The notes below the pieces were generated by a model. It was not told the DNA's origin. It saw only the letters and a list, made by a program, of their open reading frames with translations, and ran no database searches. Source: Bacteroidia bacterium (GTDB lineage Bacteria; Bacteroidota; Bacteroidia; B-17B0; Aurantibacillaceae). Taken from it: a stretch of DNA of 64,000 nucleotides. The position numbers and the translations under genes are program-made. Shown piece after piece: positions 54,474 through 64,000 of this stretch (positions are counted from its first letter, which is position 1; the number at the start of each line of letters is the position of its first letter). The stretch spans positions 25,712-89,711 of the forward strand of contig DATMMV010000078.1 in the NCBI GenBank assembly GCA_035569635.1. The letters run 5' to 3'.

Positions 54474-56522
54474 ATGAAAAAAAGTTTATTCTTTACTATT
54501 TTACTCTTTAATCTTTTTGCCAACGCCCAGCCCGGTAAAGAAGCTTGGCATTGGAAATTCGGGCAAGCCCAACTTGATTTCAGTTCCGGCGCCCCTGTAA
54601 AGGTTTCTCCGGGACCCAGTTTTTTTAGCAACGCGTGCGCCAATATAAGCGATGAGAATACAGGCCAAAACCTGTTTTTTACAAACGGGCTTTCTGCTTT
54701 TGACATGAATAATAACATAATCAGTAACAGTTACGGGATGTTTGGTAATAATTCTACCACGCAAACTTTAATTGTTCCCTGGCCGGGCAACCCTAAACTT
54801 TATTTTATTATATCAGCTGATAAACTGGCAGGCAATAAAGGAGTGCATTATTCGGTTGTTGATTTGAGTTTAAATAACGGGCTTGGAAAAGTAACAATAA
54901 AAAATCAGGCACTTACTCCGGCACCGGCTACAGAAAAAATTACTGCAGTTCGGCATTGTAACGGCGTGGACTATTGGATAATTACTCATTCTTACAATTC
55001 AAATGCCTTTAATGCTTACTTGGTAAATACTTCCGGTATAAATACTACACCTGTGGTTTCAAACACCGGCACCTCACACCAGTTTTTTGCTCCCGGTAAT
55101 GATGAAGCAACGGGTTATATGAAAGCCTCTCCTAATGGTACTAAAGTTGCAGTAGGTATTTTTTCGGATTCGTTGCCTTTGATTGAGATATTGGATATTA
55201 ATAATTCTACCGGCATAATTAACAACCCTGTAACAATAAACCTGAAAGGCGATGGCGGGGCATATGGAATTTCTTTTTCACCGGATAATTCAAAATTATA
55301 TGCAAGTGTTTATCCGGGCGATAGTATATCCGCCATATATCAATATGATTTAAGCAGTGGAATTCCTGCAACAATTATTGCTTCACAAACTGTCATTAAG
55401 CAAATAAGTGCAAACACGGGATATGGACCCAGAACAGGAGTGGCTTATGCTTTACAAATGGGACCTGACTCTAAAATTTACATTGCCCGGATGTCAACAG
55501 ACACTCTTGCCGTTATCAATAATCCTAATGCTGCCGGGACAGCTTGTAATTTTCAATGGTACGGAGTTTTACTCGGCCCGCCCGGGTTTCAATATGCCCA
55601 ATATGGACTTCCTAATTTCATAGATGCTAATTACGCGGGTATACAAATTAATATTCCTGATATACAACAGTGTAATACGTTTACCGCAACCCCTATTGAT
55701 GCAGGCTCCGGTTTTACAAATTACTTTTGGAGCACAGGCGCGGGTACGCAAATAATTACTGTAAGTAATCCCGGAAAATATTGGGTGACTGTTACTAATA
55801 CACAAGGTTGCACACGAACGGACACTGTCAATGCATATTTGCTGAACCCGATTAAAACAGATACACTTGCATGCGATGTTTATCATGCAAATGTAACGCA
55901 GGGAGGAGTGCTTGCTTATAATTGGTTTGATGCAAACCATAATCCTGTTCGCAATTTTACAGTTTCGGGAAATTATTATGTAGATATAAATTATGTGAGC
56001 GGTTGTGCAATAAGAGATAGCATTAATTTAACGGTTGTTTCAAGTCCGCACATAAATTTAGGAAACGATACAACTTTTTGCAAAGGAAATTTATTATTAA
56101 GTGCGTTTAATCCGGCGTCAACTTATACATGGAGTACAGGCGCTACTTCTTCTTCTATTACGGCAACAACTGCCGGAACCTATTGGGTACATGTAAAAGA
56201 TGCGAACGGCTGTACGGATAGTGATACACTAATTATAAAACCTGAACTCACTGCTTTTAACTTTGCAATGCCAAATATTGTAACGCCGAACAATGATAAC
56301 ATTAATGATGTAATTGATTTCGGAAAATACCAATTCTCTTCCCTGCAAATAGAAATATACAATCGCTGGGGGCAAAAAGTTTTTGAGAGTGAAGGTACAG
56401 ATGCAATTTGGAAACCAAGCGGGGATGAAGGAACATATTTTTATACAGCACAATACAGAATTGATTGCGGAACAGATTCTCAAACAAAAAATATAAAAGG
56501 GTATATCACGGTTGTGAGATAA
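54474..56522 (+). CDS. surface protein with a T9SS type-B (gliding motility-associated) C-terminal domain
   Basis: 682 aa with a signal peptide (LFANAQ) and two Y.WSTGA....I....G.YWV.V....GCT..DT modules. The C-terminus is NIVTPNNDNINDVIDFG...IEIYNRWGQKVFES...GTYFYTAQY. Confidence 0.8.
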   Translation: MKKSLFFTILLFNLFANAQPGKEAWHWKFGQAQLDFSSGAPVKVSPGPSFFSNACANISDENTGQNLFFTNGLSAFDMNNNIISNSYGMFGNNSTTQTLIVPWPGNPKLYFIISADKLAGNKGVHYSVVDLSLNNGLGKVTIKNQALTPAPATEKITAVRHCNGVDYWIITHSYNSNAFNAYLVNTSGINTTPVVSNTGTSHQFFAPGNDEATGYMKASPNGTKVAVGIFSDSLPLIEILDINNSTGIINNPVTINLKGDGGAYGISFSPDNSKLYASVYPGDSISAIYQYDLSSGIPATIIASQTVIKQISANTGYGPRTGVAYALQMGPDSKIYIARMSTDTLAVINNPNAAGTACNFQWYGVLLGPPGFQYAQYGLPNFIDANYAGIQINIPDIQQCNTFTATPIDAGSGFTNYFWSTGAGTQIITVSNPGKYWVTVTNTQGCTRTDTVNAYLLNPIKTDTLACDVYHANVTQGGVLAYNWFDANHNPVRNFTVSGNYYVDINYVSGCAIRDSINLTVVSSPHINLGNDTTFCKGNLLLSAFNPASTYTWSTGATSSSITATTAGTYWVHVKDANGCTDSDTLIIKPELTAFNFAMPNIVTPNNDNINDVIDFGKYQFSSLQIEIYNRWGQKVFESEGTDAIWKPSGDEGTYFYTAQYRIDCGTDSQTKNIKGYITVVR

Positions 56523-56541
56523 TCTTCTCTGACAAAAAAGT

Positions 56542-56604
56542 CGCAGATTTCGTAGATAACACAGATTTCCATTTGCACTAATTTGCATTATCGGTGAAAT
56601 CTGT
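56542..56604. repeat. CACAGAT-type word cluster forming a hairpin between convergent genes
   Basis: CGCAGAT at 56542, CGTAGAT at 56551 and CACAGAT at 56560, with ATCTGT at 56599. CAGATTTC and GAAATCTG can pair. Confidence 0.65.
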
Positions 56605-56628
56605 ACCAGAAAGTATTCTTTTACCTAC

Positions 56629-59600
56629 TTAAACGCGTACACCAATCACCAATACATCATCCACCTGTTCGTAAACGCCGCGCCAGTTGTTAAAAATTTT
56701 GGCCAGATGTTCATATTGTTCTTTCATCGGCTTGATAGAAATTTCGGCAAGCGCACGCTGTAAATTAGCTACCATGAATTTTTTCCCTTTAGGCCCGCCA
56801 AACTGATCGGCATAACCATCACTGAATACATACACGCAATCACCTTTTTGCAATTGAACAGCATGATGTGTAAACCGGCGTTTTTCCTCAAAGTCAAATT
56901 CCAAACCGCCAATCGGGAATTTATCCGGCTTAATAATTTCCGCTTTATCAGCCGCATCTTTTCTGTATATCCATAAGGCACGGTTAGCGCCTGCATAATC
57001 AAGTACTAAAGTCTCTTTGTTAATCGCGCACAATGCAATATCCATTCCGTCGCGTCTTTCAAACTCTCCTTTATTCTGATTCAATGCAGCTTTAACACCT
57101 ACGTGCAAATGAGTTAAAATTTCGGCAGGCTGGTAAACATGTTGCTCGGAAATAATCTCCGTTAGCAATGAATTTCCAACAATACTCATAAACGCACCCG
57201 GTACTCCGTGACCCGTGCAATCGGCCGCCGCAAAATAATTTTTTCCCTCACGTTTGGTAAACCAGTAAAAATCCCCGCTCACAATATCTTTAGGCATATA
57301 TAACACAAACGAATCGGGAAAATCTTTTTGCAAGCCGGTAATAGCCGGCAATAAAGCTTCCTGGATATTTTTTGCATATTTAATACTATCGGTTATCTCG
57401 TGGTTTTTATGCTCAATAACCGCTTTTTGTTCAATCACTTCTTTGTTAATGATTTCTACTTTTTCTTTTTCCTCGCGTAATTCGTGCGTGCGTAACTGAA
57501 CTTCTTTTTCCAATTTTAATTTATCGGCACGTAATTTTTGTGTTTTGTATGAGTTCCATGCATAAATACTTACAAGTGCAATAACAACACACAAAGTATA
57601 AAACCACCAGGTACGATACCAGGGCGGTAATACTTTGAACTTAAATTGTACCGGCTCTTTGTTCCAAAAGCCATCATTGTTCATCGCTTTTAAATAAAAA
57701 GTATAATCGCCCGGTTGTAAAGACGAGTAGGTAACCTCATTTTTATTAGCGGGCGGCACCCAATCATCATCCACACCTTCCAGTTTAAACTGGTACTGTA
57801 CTTTACCCGGATTGGTTTGCGAGATACCGATAAAATCAAAAGTGACGTGATTTTTCCCGTAAGGCAATTCAAGCCCGACGGGTAAACCCGACAAAGAGTC
57901 GAGGCCTGCTGAGTATTTGCTCAGGTCAATTTTTTCGAAAGAAATTTTTATATCGCTGATCGAGCAGGAAGGCTCGTGATAATTTATTTTTTCAAAGCGT
58001 GGATTAAACGTGGTAATGCCCTTCACCGTACCAAACCATAATTTCCCGTCGCTGTCTTTGCAGGCCGAATTAAAATTACATTCAAGCCCCTGCAGGCCTT
58101 CTTCTTTTCCGTAATGTTTTATGCTTGTTTTTTTATTACCTACATACTCGGTCACGTTAAGCGCGTCAATACCTTTATTGGTCCCTATCCACAAGCGGTT
58201 TTGATTATCAAATAATAAAAAATAAGCCTGGTTGGACGCTAATCCTTCGGACTCGCTGAGGTGCCTGAACTCTTTGTGATCATAGTAAAAAACGCCTTCT
58301 TCGGAACCAAACCAAAGATTGCCGTTCTTATCTTTCACCACATTGTAAACGATCTTATCGGTGAGTTTGTTTTTAGAATTCAACAACTCGGCTCTGACAC
58401 CATCGTATTTTACAACTCCTTTCGAAGTGGCCAGCCACAGTGTTTTTCTATTGTCTTCCACGATTCCGTAGATAGCAAAATTTCCGGCTGTTACCAATTT
58501 ACTTACAGCTTCAACCGGTGTAATTTTTCCATCGTTAAAAACCATCAGGCCCTGAACGCTGCCAATATAATGCACGCCGCTTTGGGTGTGGTAAATAGAA
58601 TAAATGGTGCGGTATTTCTGGTTATCGGCCAGGTAATTTTTAAATGAAGTTCCACTATAAACGCTTAAGCCCGCCATGGTTCCGGCCCATATTTGTCCCT
58701 GCTCATCTTCCGCAATACAGTTCACATGATTGTCAACTAATTCGATGGCCGGATTTTTAGGATTGAGCTTGTAGGATTTATAAGATTTCAGATCGTACGT
58801 AACAAGGCCATTATCGCCGATTCCAAACCAGTATTTTTTATTTTTTGCCTGGTAAATGCAATTTATATAATCGCCCGGCAAGCCATTGCTTACACTTAAA
58901 TTTGAAATTGCTTCTGAAGCCAGTTTACTTGTACCCGCCCCGTCAGAACCAAACCAAACATCACCCTCGTTATCTATAAATGTTGCCAAAACAATATTAC
59001 TGCACAATCCATTCTCAACTTTAAACGATAGGGAGCCTAACCCGTTAACTTTAACCGCGCCTTCGTTGGTGCCAAACCACATGTTTTGGTTTTTGTCTTT
59101 GCTGATGGAGGTGAATGCCATATTGCCCACGAGCAGCCCGGGTATTTCTACCATTTCAATTTTGTTCTTGCTGTATTTGTAAAGCCCCGCAAGCGTGCCG
59201 ATCAAAATATCTCCTTTGTTATCGTCGTTAAACGAACGGATAAAATTACTTCCTAAACCGTCTTTGCTGGAGTACCAGGTAAATTTATTTTGCGCGTTTG
59301 GCGAGTAGTGGCAGGCTCCGTTCTGCATGGTACCAAACCAATAATCGCCGTTGCTGTCCTGGTAAATGGTCCAAACGGCCGACGCCTCAAGTGTCGCATC
59401 GCCGCTTAATTTTTTTGCTTTTTTATTTTCATCCAAAAAGCAAACTCCTTTCTGCGTACCGATCCATACTTTTTCGGTTTTATCGATCAGCACATTGTAA
59501 ACGGCGTTATGCGATAAACCATTGGTAGAATCAAAACGCAGGTCTTTAAAGTTTCCTTTTATCTGCAGACCATCGTAGGTAGAGAAATATAAATTCTGAT

Positions 59601-59856
59601 TTTTATCTTCGGTGATAGAATAAATATAATTGCTAAGGCCTCCGTTAGCGGTGGTTAAGGTTTGAAATGTTTTGCCGTCGAACTTGGAGGCTCCGCCGCC
59701 GTTCGTGCCAAACCACATGTACCCTCGGCTGTCCTGGTAAATGCAATACACCTGCGATTGCGCAAGCCCGTCATCTACATTGTAATTTCTGAAATCGTAA
59801 GTCTGTGCGCTTATACGAGCCGCAAAAAAAAGAAATATGTAAAGAAGTTTACGCAT
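56629..59856 (-). CDS. membrane sensor: periplasmic two-component-regulator propeller + Y_Y_Y domain, TM, coiled coil, PP2C/SpoIIE phosphatase
   Basis: 1075 aa with many Y.D..G..WFGT..G repeats, [14 protein letters not shown]...GDYTFYLKA, the TM helix [18 protein letters not shown], and the PP2C motifs GDFYWF...[15 protein letters not shown]...SDGYADQ. Confidence 0.8.
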   Translation of the reverse strand: MRKLLYIFLFFAARISAQTYDFRNYNVDDGLAQSQVYCIYQDSRGYMWFGTNGGGASKFDGKTFQTLTTANGGLSNYIYSITEDKNQNLYFSTYDGLQIKGNFKDLRFDSTNGLSHNAVYNVLIDKTEKVWIGTQKGVCFLDENKKAKKLSGDATLEASAVWTIYQDSNGDYWFGTMQNGACHYSPNAQNKFTWYSSKDGLGSNFIRSFNDDNKGDILIGTLAGLYKYSKNKIEMVEIPGLLVGNMAFTSISKDKNQNMWFGTNEGAVKVNGLGSLSFKVENGLCSNIVLATFIDNEGDVWFGSDGAGTSKLASEAISNLSVSNGLPGDYINCIYQAKNKKYWFGIGDNGLVTYDLKSYKSYKLNPKNPAIELVDNHVNCIAEDEQGQIWAGTMAGLSVYSGTSFKNYLADNQKYRTIYSIYHTQSGVHYIGSVQGLMVFNDGKITPVEAVSKLVTAGNFAIYGIVEDNRKTLWLATSKGVVKYDGVRAELLNSKNKLTDKIVYNVVKDKNGNLWFGSEEGVFYYDHKEFRHLSESEGLASNQAYFLLFDNQNRLWIGTNKGIDALNVTEYVGNKKTSIKHYGKEEGLQGLECNFNSACKDSDGKLWFGTVKGITTFNPRFEKINYHEPSCSISDIKISFEKIDLSKYSAGLDSLSGLPVGLELPYGKNHVTFDFIGISQTNPGKVQYQFKLEGVDDDWVPPANKNEVTYSSLQPGDYTFYLKAMNNDGFWNKEPVQFKFKVLPPWYRTWWFYTLCVVIALVSIYAWNSYKTQKLRADKLKLEKEVQLRTHELREEKEKVEIINKEVIEQKAVIEHKNHEITDSIKYAKNIQEALLPAITGLQKDFPDSFVLYMPKDIVSGDFYWFTKREGKNYFAAADCTGHGVPGAFMSIVGNSLLTEIISEQHVYQPAEILTHLHVGVKAALNQNKGEFERRDGMDIALCAINKETLVLDYAGANRALWIYRKDAADKAEIIKPDKFPIGGLEFDFEEKRRFTHHAVQLQKGDCVYVFSDGYADQFGGPKGKKFMVANLQRALAEISIKPMKEQYEHLAKIFNNWRGVYEQVDDVLVIGVRV

Positions 59857-60901
59857 TAACCTTTGCCACCTGAAATGTATGTTGTTTTACACAATCAATA
59901 AAAAATTTAACTTTCTCTTTTTCAGTATCCGGATATAAACCGTGGCCTAAATTGGCAATGTAATTTTGCGGGCCGAAAGCATCGAGCATTTTTTTTGTTT
60001 CTTTTTTTATCACGTCAAAATCAGCATATAATAAACAGGGATCTGCATTGCCTTGCAAGGTTTTTCTGTTTCCTAAATTTTTTCTCGCTTCCTGTGGGTT
60101 TGTATTCCAATCAATTCCCACAACACTGCATTTTGTATTTTTAATTTCGGACAAAGCAAAATGTGCGTCTTTCGCAAAAATAGTTACAGGCACTTGTTTG
60201 CTGAGTTCATCACAAATAGCCGACATGTACCTTAAAGAAAATTCATTGTGCATTTCGGGTGATAAAACTCCCGCCCACGAATCAAAAATCTGAATAAGAT
60301 CAGCGCCGGCTTCCACCTGGCCTTTTAAATAGTTAATGCTGCTTTGTGTAATTTTTTCTAAAGTTTGATGCGCGAGTTTGGGTTGCGTATATAAAAACTT
60401 TTTTGCTTTGCTGAATGTTTTGCTTCCGTTGCCTTCAACCATGTACGCAAGTAATGTCCAGGGCGCCCCGCAAAAACCAATTAAAGGAACGCGGTTGTTT
60501 AATTGTTTTTTAGAAAGACGGATGGCATCGTACACATATTGCAAATTACTTCCGTCAGAAATTTTCAAAGCATTCACATCGCTTTGCGAAGTAATTGTTT
60601 TTTCAAAATGCGGACCTTTTGCTTCTATCATCTGATAAGGCAATCCCATTGCTTCGGGTATTACCAAAATATCCGAAAAAATAATTGCGGCATCAACGCC
60701 TAAAATATCTACCGGTTGCACGGTAACTTCGGCTGCCATTTCAGATGTTTTTACAAACTCGATAAAATTTTTGGCTTTTGCCCTTACGGCACGGTATTCG
60801 GGTAGTATGCGTCCGGCTTGCCGCATAAGCCATACAGGCACACGCTCAACATTTTCACCTTTGGCAGCACGTAGAAGCAAGTCGTTTTTAAATTGGCTCA
60901 T
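59849..60901 (-). CDS. hemE: uroporphyrinogen decarboxylase
   Basis: 350 aa starting at [36 protein letters not shown], the canonical HemE N-terminus. A TAttTTTG box lies at 60908..60915 (minus). The 76-codon upstream extension in the ORF track is rejected. Confidence 0.92.
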   Translation of the reverse strand: MSQFKNDLLLRAAKGENVERVPVWLMRQAGRILPEYRAVRAKAKNFIEFVKTSEMAAEVTVQPVDILGVDAAIIFSDILVIPEAMGLPYQMIEAKGPHFEKTITSQSDVNALKISDGSNLQYVYDAIRLSKKQLNNRVPLIGFCGAPWTLLAYMVEGNGSKTFSKAKKFLYTQPKLAHQTLEKITQSSINYLKGQVEAGADLIQIFDSWAGVLSPEMHNEFSLRYMSAICDELSKQVPVTIFAKDAHFALSEIKNTKCSVVGIDWNTNPQEARKNLGNRKTLQGNADPCLLYADFDVIKKETKKMLDAFGPQNYIANLGHGLYPDTEKEKVKFFIDCVKQHTFQVAKVNA

Positions 60902-60907
60902 TTTGCC

Positions 60908-60915
60908 CAAAAATA
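60908..60915 (-). promoter_or_regulatory. -7 box TATTTTTG (hemE)
   Basis: Exact motif on the minus strand, 7 nt upstream of the ATG at 60901. Confidence 0.45.
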
Positions 60916-60971
60916 GGCAAAAACAGGCGGTTTTTGGTGGAAATACAAATATTCTTAACTTGCGGAAAATT

Positions 60972-61400
60972 ATGGCCGAAATGTTTTCAAAAAATACCAA
61001 ATCCATGTCTTCCGACAGCTCATCGGTTAACCTGGTGGCAAACGGAACTTCCATTACCGGCGACGTAAAATCGAACAGCGATTTGCGTATTGATGGTGTT
61101 ATGCAAGGCACCCTTATCGTTAAAGGCAAGCTTGTTATCGGCCCCAGCGGACGAATTGAAGGCGAGGTTGAGTGCCAGAATGCAGATGTATCAGGCGAAA
61201 TAAAAGGAAAAATAAGCGTTTCCGAACTTTTAATGCTGCGTTCTTCCGCAAAAATTAACGGCGATATTTTTACCGGAAAAATCTCTATTGAACCGGATGC
61301 CCAGTTTACCGGAACCTGCAGTATGGGCGGTGTTGTAAAAAATATTCAGCATACGCATGACAGCCAAGGGGCCGGACAAAAAACCGCAGCCAACCAATAA
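60972..61400 (+). CDS. bactofilin family cytoskeletal protein
   Basis: 142 aa from the ATG at 60972. It has a bactofilin beta-helix pattern ([54 protein letters not shown]...). Confidence 0.8.
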   Translation: MAEMFSKNTKSMSSDSSSVNLVANGTSITGDVKSNSDLRIDGVMQGTLIVKGKLVIGPSGRIEGEVECQNADVSGEIKGKISVSELLMLRSSAKINGDIFTGKISIEPDAQFTGTCSMGGVVKNIQHTHDSQGAGQKTAANQ

Positions 61401-61596
61401 TCCAAACAGTGTTTTAAAGTATTCGGGCATGGCCTTCCAGATACTGGCCTGTATTTTATTGGGTTTTTGGGGAGGGATGAAGCTGGATGAAAAATTGGAA
61501 TTTAAACAAGTGCCTGTTTTTACTTTAGTCCTTGGTCTTGCCGGCGTGGTTGTAGGGATTTACATTTCTATCAAAGACTTTCTTAAGAAGAAATAA
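61357..61596 (+). CDS. AtpZ/AtpI-like small membrane protein
   Basis: 79 aa with LKYSGMAFQILACILLGFWGGMKLD and a second TM helix, the typical AtpZ layout. It overlaps the bactofilin gene by 44 nt. Confidence 0.6.
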   Translation: MTAKGPDKKPQPTNNPNSVLKYSGMAFQILACILLGFWGGMKLDEKLEFKQVPVFTLVLGLAGVVVGIYISIKDFLKKK

Positions 61597-61653
61597 AAAA
61601 AGATAGCTCTGTGAATCCATGCGATTAAATTATTATCTCGTTTAACTCAAAAA

Positions 61654-61682
61654 AAATGCTCCTGATTTTTTCAGAAGCATTT
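61654..61682. terminator. bidirectional terminator hairpin
   Basis: AAATGCTCCTGA / TCAGAAGCATTT pairs at 11 of 12 positions, with a T5 loop. An A8 run upstream gives a U-run for the minus-strand gene. Confidence 0.65.
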
Positions 61683-61720
61683 AAAATATTTTTATTGTAA
61701 TCTTGATCCTGTCAAAAAGG

Positions 61721-62662
61721 TTATTCGTCTATCTGCGCATCGCCCACATAAGCACCGTTTTTATACACCTCAATACGTTTTAATATCCCATTTTCATCAT
61801 AAATGTAATTCTTTCCATCCATTAAACGATTGTCTTTAAATATACCGTCTTTCGTTTTCTGGCGGTTCTTGTTGTATAAGATGAACTGGCCGTTGATAAT
61901 AGTAGGCCCTTTTTGTTTAGGATCCTGCAGAGTTTCATCTTTACTGATGGTAACTTTTTTGGTGTTGTCAGCCAAAACCGGTTTGTCTGAAATTGGTTTT
62001 TTAGGCTGGTATTCTTTTATTGATTGAACATCGGCCTCGCCATTATTATAGCTTACAGTTTTCTTAACGCTTCCGTCAGGATGATACTCGGTCACAACAC
62101 CGGCTTCTTTACCGTTGTTCCAATTTCCTTCAATTTGCGGTGTACCGTCTTCGTAATAATATTTTTGGGGGCCTTCGCGTTTACCGGTCGGGTTGAAAGT
62201 AAATTCCTGTTGTACATTTCCGTTATCGTAGTATAATTTATAATTGCCTGTCCATTTGTTAATTTTCCAGGTACCCTCTTCGGCTATTTTACCATTTTCG
62301 TGATACATAATGGCGTAACCATCGGGGCGGCCGTTTTGGAAGGTGATTTTGTTTTTGGTATTGCCGTTACAGAAATATTCTTTCCAGATGCCGTTTTTGC
62401 GGTTATCGGTGTATTTTCCTTCCTCTACTTTAGAGGTAGGTTGGTAGCAGGTATTGGGTTTTGTTTTGCCGAAAATGATCCACCGGCCCTGTTTTAAACC
62501 ATTAAAATCAATGATATTAATGCTGTCCTTACCGTTAGAGGGGTCCAGCTCATAAGACTGAGGTTGAGCATAACCATAACTCAACATAAAAATACCAATT
62601 ATCAGCCTAATATTAACCTTCATCACTATAATTTTACCAAAAATATAAATTATCTTTCGCAT
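61721..62662 (-). CDS. MORN-repeat-variant (YwqK-like) secreted protein
   Basis: 313 aa with repeated G.W..Y..NG......F.NG...G units. The start could instead be the internal MKVNIRL at 62623. Confidence 0.65.
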   Translation of the reverse strand: MRKIIYIFGKIIVMKVNIRLIIGIFMLSYGYAQPQSYELDPSNGKDSINIIDFNGLKQGRWIIFGKTKPNTCYQPTSKVEEGKYTDNRKNGIWKEYFCNGNTKNKITFQNGRPDGYAIMYHENGKIAEEGTWKINKWTGNYKLYYDNGNVQQEFTFNPTGKREGPQKYYYEDGTPQIEGNWNNGKEAGVVTEYHPDGSVKKTVSYNNGEADVQSIKEYQPKKPISDKPVLADNTKKVTISKDETLQDPKQKGPTIINGQFILYNKNRQKTKDGIFKDNRLMDGKNYIYDENGILKRIEVYKNGAYVGDAQIDE

Positions 62663-62766
62663 TCACGAAAACTTTTAGATGTATTTTCCTTTTTGATAGA
62701 TTAATGAGGCACATCCATCATATTGTACGAAAAAGGACACTAAAAGGTTACAATAAACCTAACTTT

Positions 62767-63711
62767 TTACTTGATATTTGATAACATATCCCTCACTATT
62801 CCACCCAAATCAAAAGTGGGATTCCATCCCCAATGTTGGCGGGCCTCGTTGTCATCCATACTTTGCGGCCAGCTATCGGCTATTGCCTGCCTGAAATCCG
62901 GCTTGTAAGTAATTGAAAAAGACGGAATATGCTTCTTAATTTCAGCAGCTATCTGTTCTGGAGTAAAACTGATACCCGCAAGGTTATAACTGCCCCTTAT
63001 TTTAACCTGTTCTGCCGGGGCGTGCATTAATTGTAAGGTGGCTTTAATGGCATCGGGCATATACATCATAGGCAGGGCAGTCTTCTCGGTTAAAAAACAC
63101 TCATAGCTACCTTTTTTAATTGCGTCATGAAAAATATGTACGGCATAATCTGTAGTACCTCCGCCAGGAGCCGATTTATATCCGATTAAACCCGGATAAC
63201 GTAGACTTCTTACATCTACATTATATTTATTAAAATAGTACTCGCACCATCTTTCGCCCGCCTGTTTACTGATACCATAAACTGTAGATGGCTCCATTAC
63301 AGTATATTGTGGAGTATTTATATGTGGCGTAGTTGGCCCGAAAGCAGCAATAGAGCTTGGCCAGTATACTTTACTTAAATATTTTTCTTTGGCCAGATCA
63401 AGCACATTAAAAAGCCCCTGCATATTTAATTGCCAGGCAAATAGGGGATTCTTCTCGGCAGTAGCGGATAATAATGCAGCTAAAAGGTACACCTGTTTTA
63501 TTCCGTGTTTTTTTACAATATTGAATAAACTTTCTGCGTTTAAAACATCTAATGTTTCAAAGGGGTTGCTCGTAAAGGCGCCGGAAGATTTTATATCGGC
63601 TGTCACTACGTTTGAAGGGCCGTAGATTTTATTCAGTTCTTCTAAAAGCTCAAGGCCAATTTGCCCGCCCGCCCCGATAATTAAAATTTTGTCTTCTTTG
63701 TTAATACTCAT
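62767..63711 (-). CDS. NAD-dependent epimerase/dehydratase family protein, L-threonine 3-dehydrogenase-like
   Basis: 314 aa from the ATG at 63711. It has KILIIGAGGQIGLEL...NVVTADIK (Rossmann fold) and YGISK (the YxxxK catalytic motif). Confidence 0.75.
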   Translation of the reverse strand: MSINKEDKILIIGAGGQIGLELLEELNKIYGPSNVVTADIKSSGAFTSNPFETLDVLNAESLFNIVKKHGIKQVYLLAALLSATAEKNPLFAWQLNMQGLFNVLDLAKEKYLSKVYWPSSIAAFGPTTPHINTPQYTVMEPSTVYGISKQAGERWCEYYFNKYNVDVRSLRYPGLIGYKSAPGGGTTDYAVHIFHDAIKKGSYECFLTEKTALPMMYMPDAIKATLQLMHAPAEQVKIRGSYNLAGISFTPEQIAAEIKKHIPSFSITYKPDFRQAIADSWPQSMDDNEARQHWGWNPTFDLGGIVRDMLSNIK

Positions 63712-63809
63712 ACCCAAAATATACGGCTTAAATATACAGGTTTGTTTGACATATGCTTAAACCCTGTACCTCTTTTTTATTTCAAAAAATTAGTTACTTT
63801 CACTCCCCT

Positions 63810-64000
63810 GTGAAGAGGATTTTTATAATTATATTTTTGTTGTTGGCGGGAAAAACATTTTCTCAATACACTGTTTCCGGAAAAGTTTATGATGCCTCAA
63901 CCAAAGAGCCCGTGCCCTTTGCGAATATTATTTTAAAAGGAACTCCGGCCGGTGCTTCCACCGATTTTGACGGCAACTTCAGTATTACCACGGATAAATT
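63810..64000 (+). CDS. carboxypeptidase-like regulatory domain protein, N-terminus only (runs off the window)
   Basis: A GTG start gives VKRIFIIIFLLLAGKTFSQYTVSGKVYDASTKEPVPFANIILKGTPAGASTDFDGNFSITTDK, which is a signal peptide plus the CarboxypepD_reg pattern. The frame stays open to the window end. Confidence 0.6.
   Translation, partial: MKRIFIIIFLLLAGKTFSQYTVSGKVYDASTKEPVPFANIILKGTPAGASTDFDGNFSITTDK

Noticed and set aside
60902-61129. 76-codon N-terminal extension of the hemE ORF, and the mirror 67-codon extension of the bactofilin ORF (60771..60971).
   Set aside because: The two extensions overlap each other on opposite strands. The canonical HemE N-terminus begins at the ATG at 60901, with a TAnnTTTG box 7 nt upstream, and the bactofilin domain begins at the ATG at 60972.
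63740-63775. Imperfect hairpin ACAGGTTTG...AAACCCTGT followed by a T-run.
   Set aside because: It lies in a divergent promoter region with no upstream gene to terminate, and the stem is imperfect. It is probably fortuitous.
1-64000. Mobile elements, prophage, a defence island or a horizontally acquired segment.
   Set aside because: I recognised no integrase, transposase, recombinase, phage structural, restriction-modification, toxin-antitoxin or nuclease/helicase defence-type proteins. Composition looks uniform by eye, but I could not compute GC or codon statistics.

Overview
This is an AT-rich chromosomal segment that looks like Bacteroidota. Three things support that: several proteins end in type IX secretion (T9SS) C-terminal sorting domains, many gene starts are preceded by the TAnnTTTG '-7' promoter box, and there are no Shine-Dalgarno sequences. 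I call 53 protein-coding genes, two of them cut by the window edges. I found no rRNA or tRNA genes, CRISPR array, transposase, integrase, reverse transcriptase or recognisable defence genes. Most genes are housekeeping: hutU, ruvB, lpxH, rimM, rlmN, cdd, msrB, purM, hemE, a polyprenyl synthase, an acyl-CoA dehydrogenase and a Cys/Met PLP enzyme. Interleaved with these are cell-envelope and secretion genes: five or six T9SS type-A cargo proteins, one type-B cargo protein, two TMTC-like TPR membrane glycosyltransferase paralogs, two other large polytopic membrane proteins, an acyltransferase_3 and an MBOAT. The best candidate for an under-described system is a translationally adjacent pair at 10885..17088: a PorV/PorQ-like outer-membrane barrel and an unusually large (1700 aa) PorU-like C25 cysteine peptidase. 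It is flanked by envelope-modifying enzymes and a T9SS cargo gene. Other observations are several dispersed intergenic repeat families (heptamer-word arrays CACAGAT and TACGAAT, and nested REP-like palindromic elements), a duplicated LacI-type operator between a LacI regulator and a giant surface protein gene, a C9 tract upstream of a cargo gene, and hemE overlapping a 1075-aa propeller/PP2C sensor gene. I found no clear-cut novel multi-gene system, and everything functional here is inferred from motifs read by eye.
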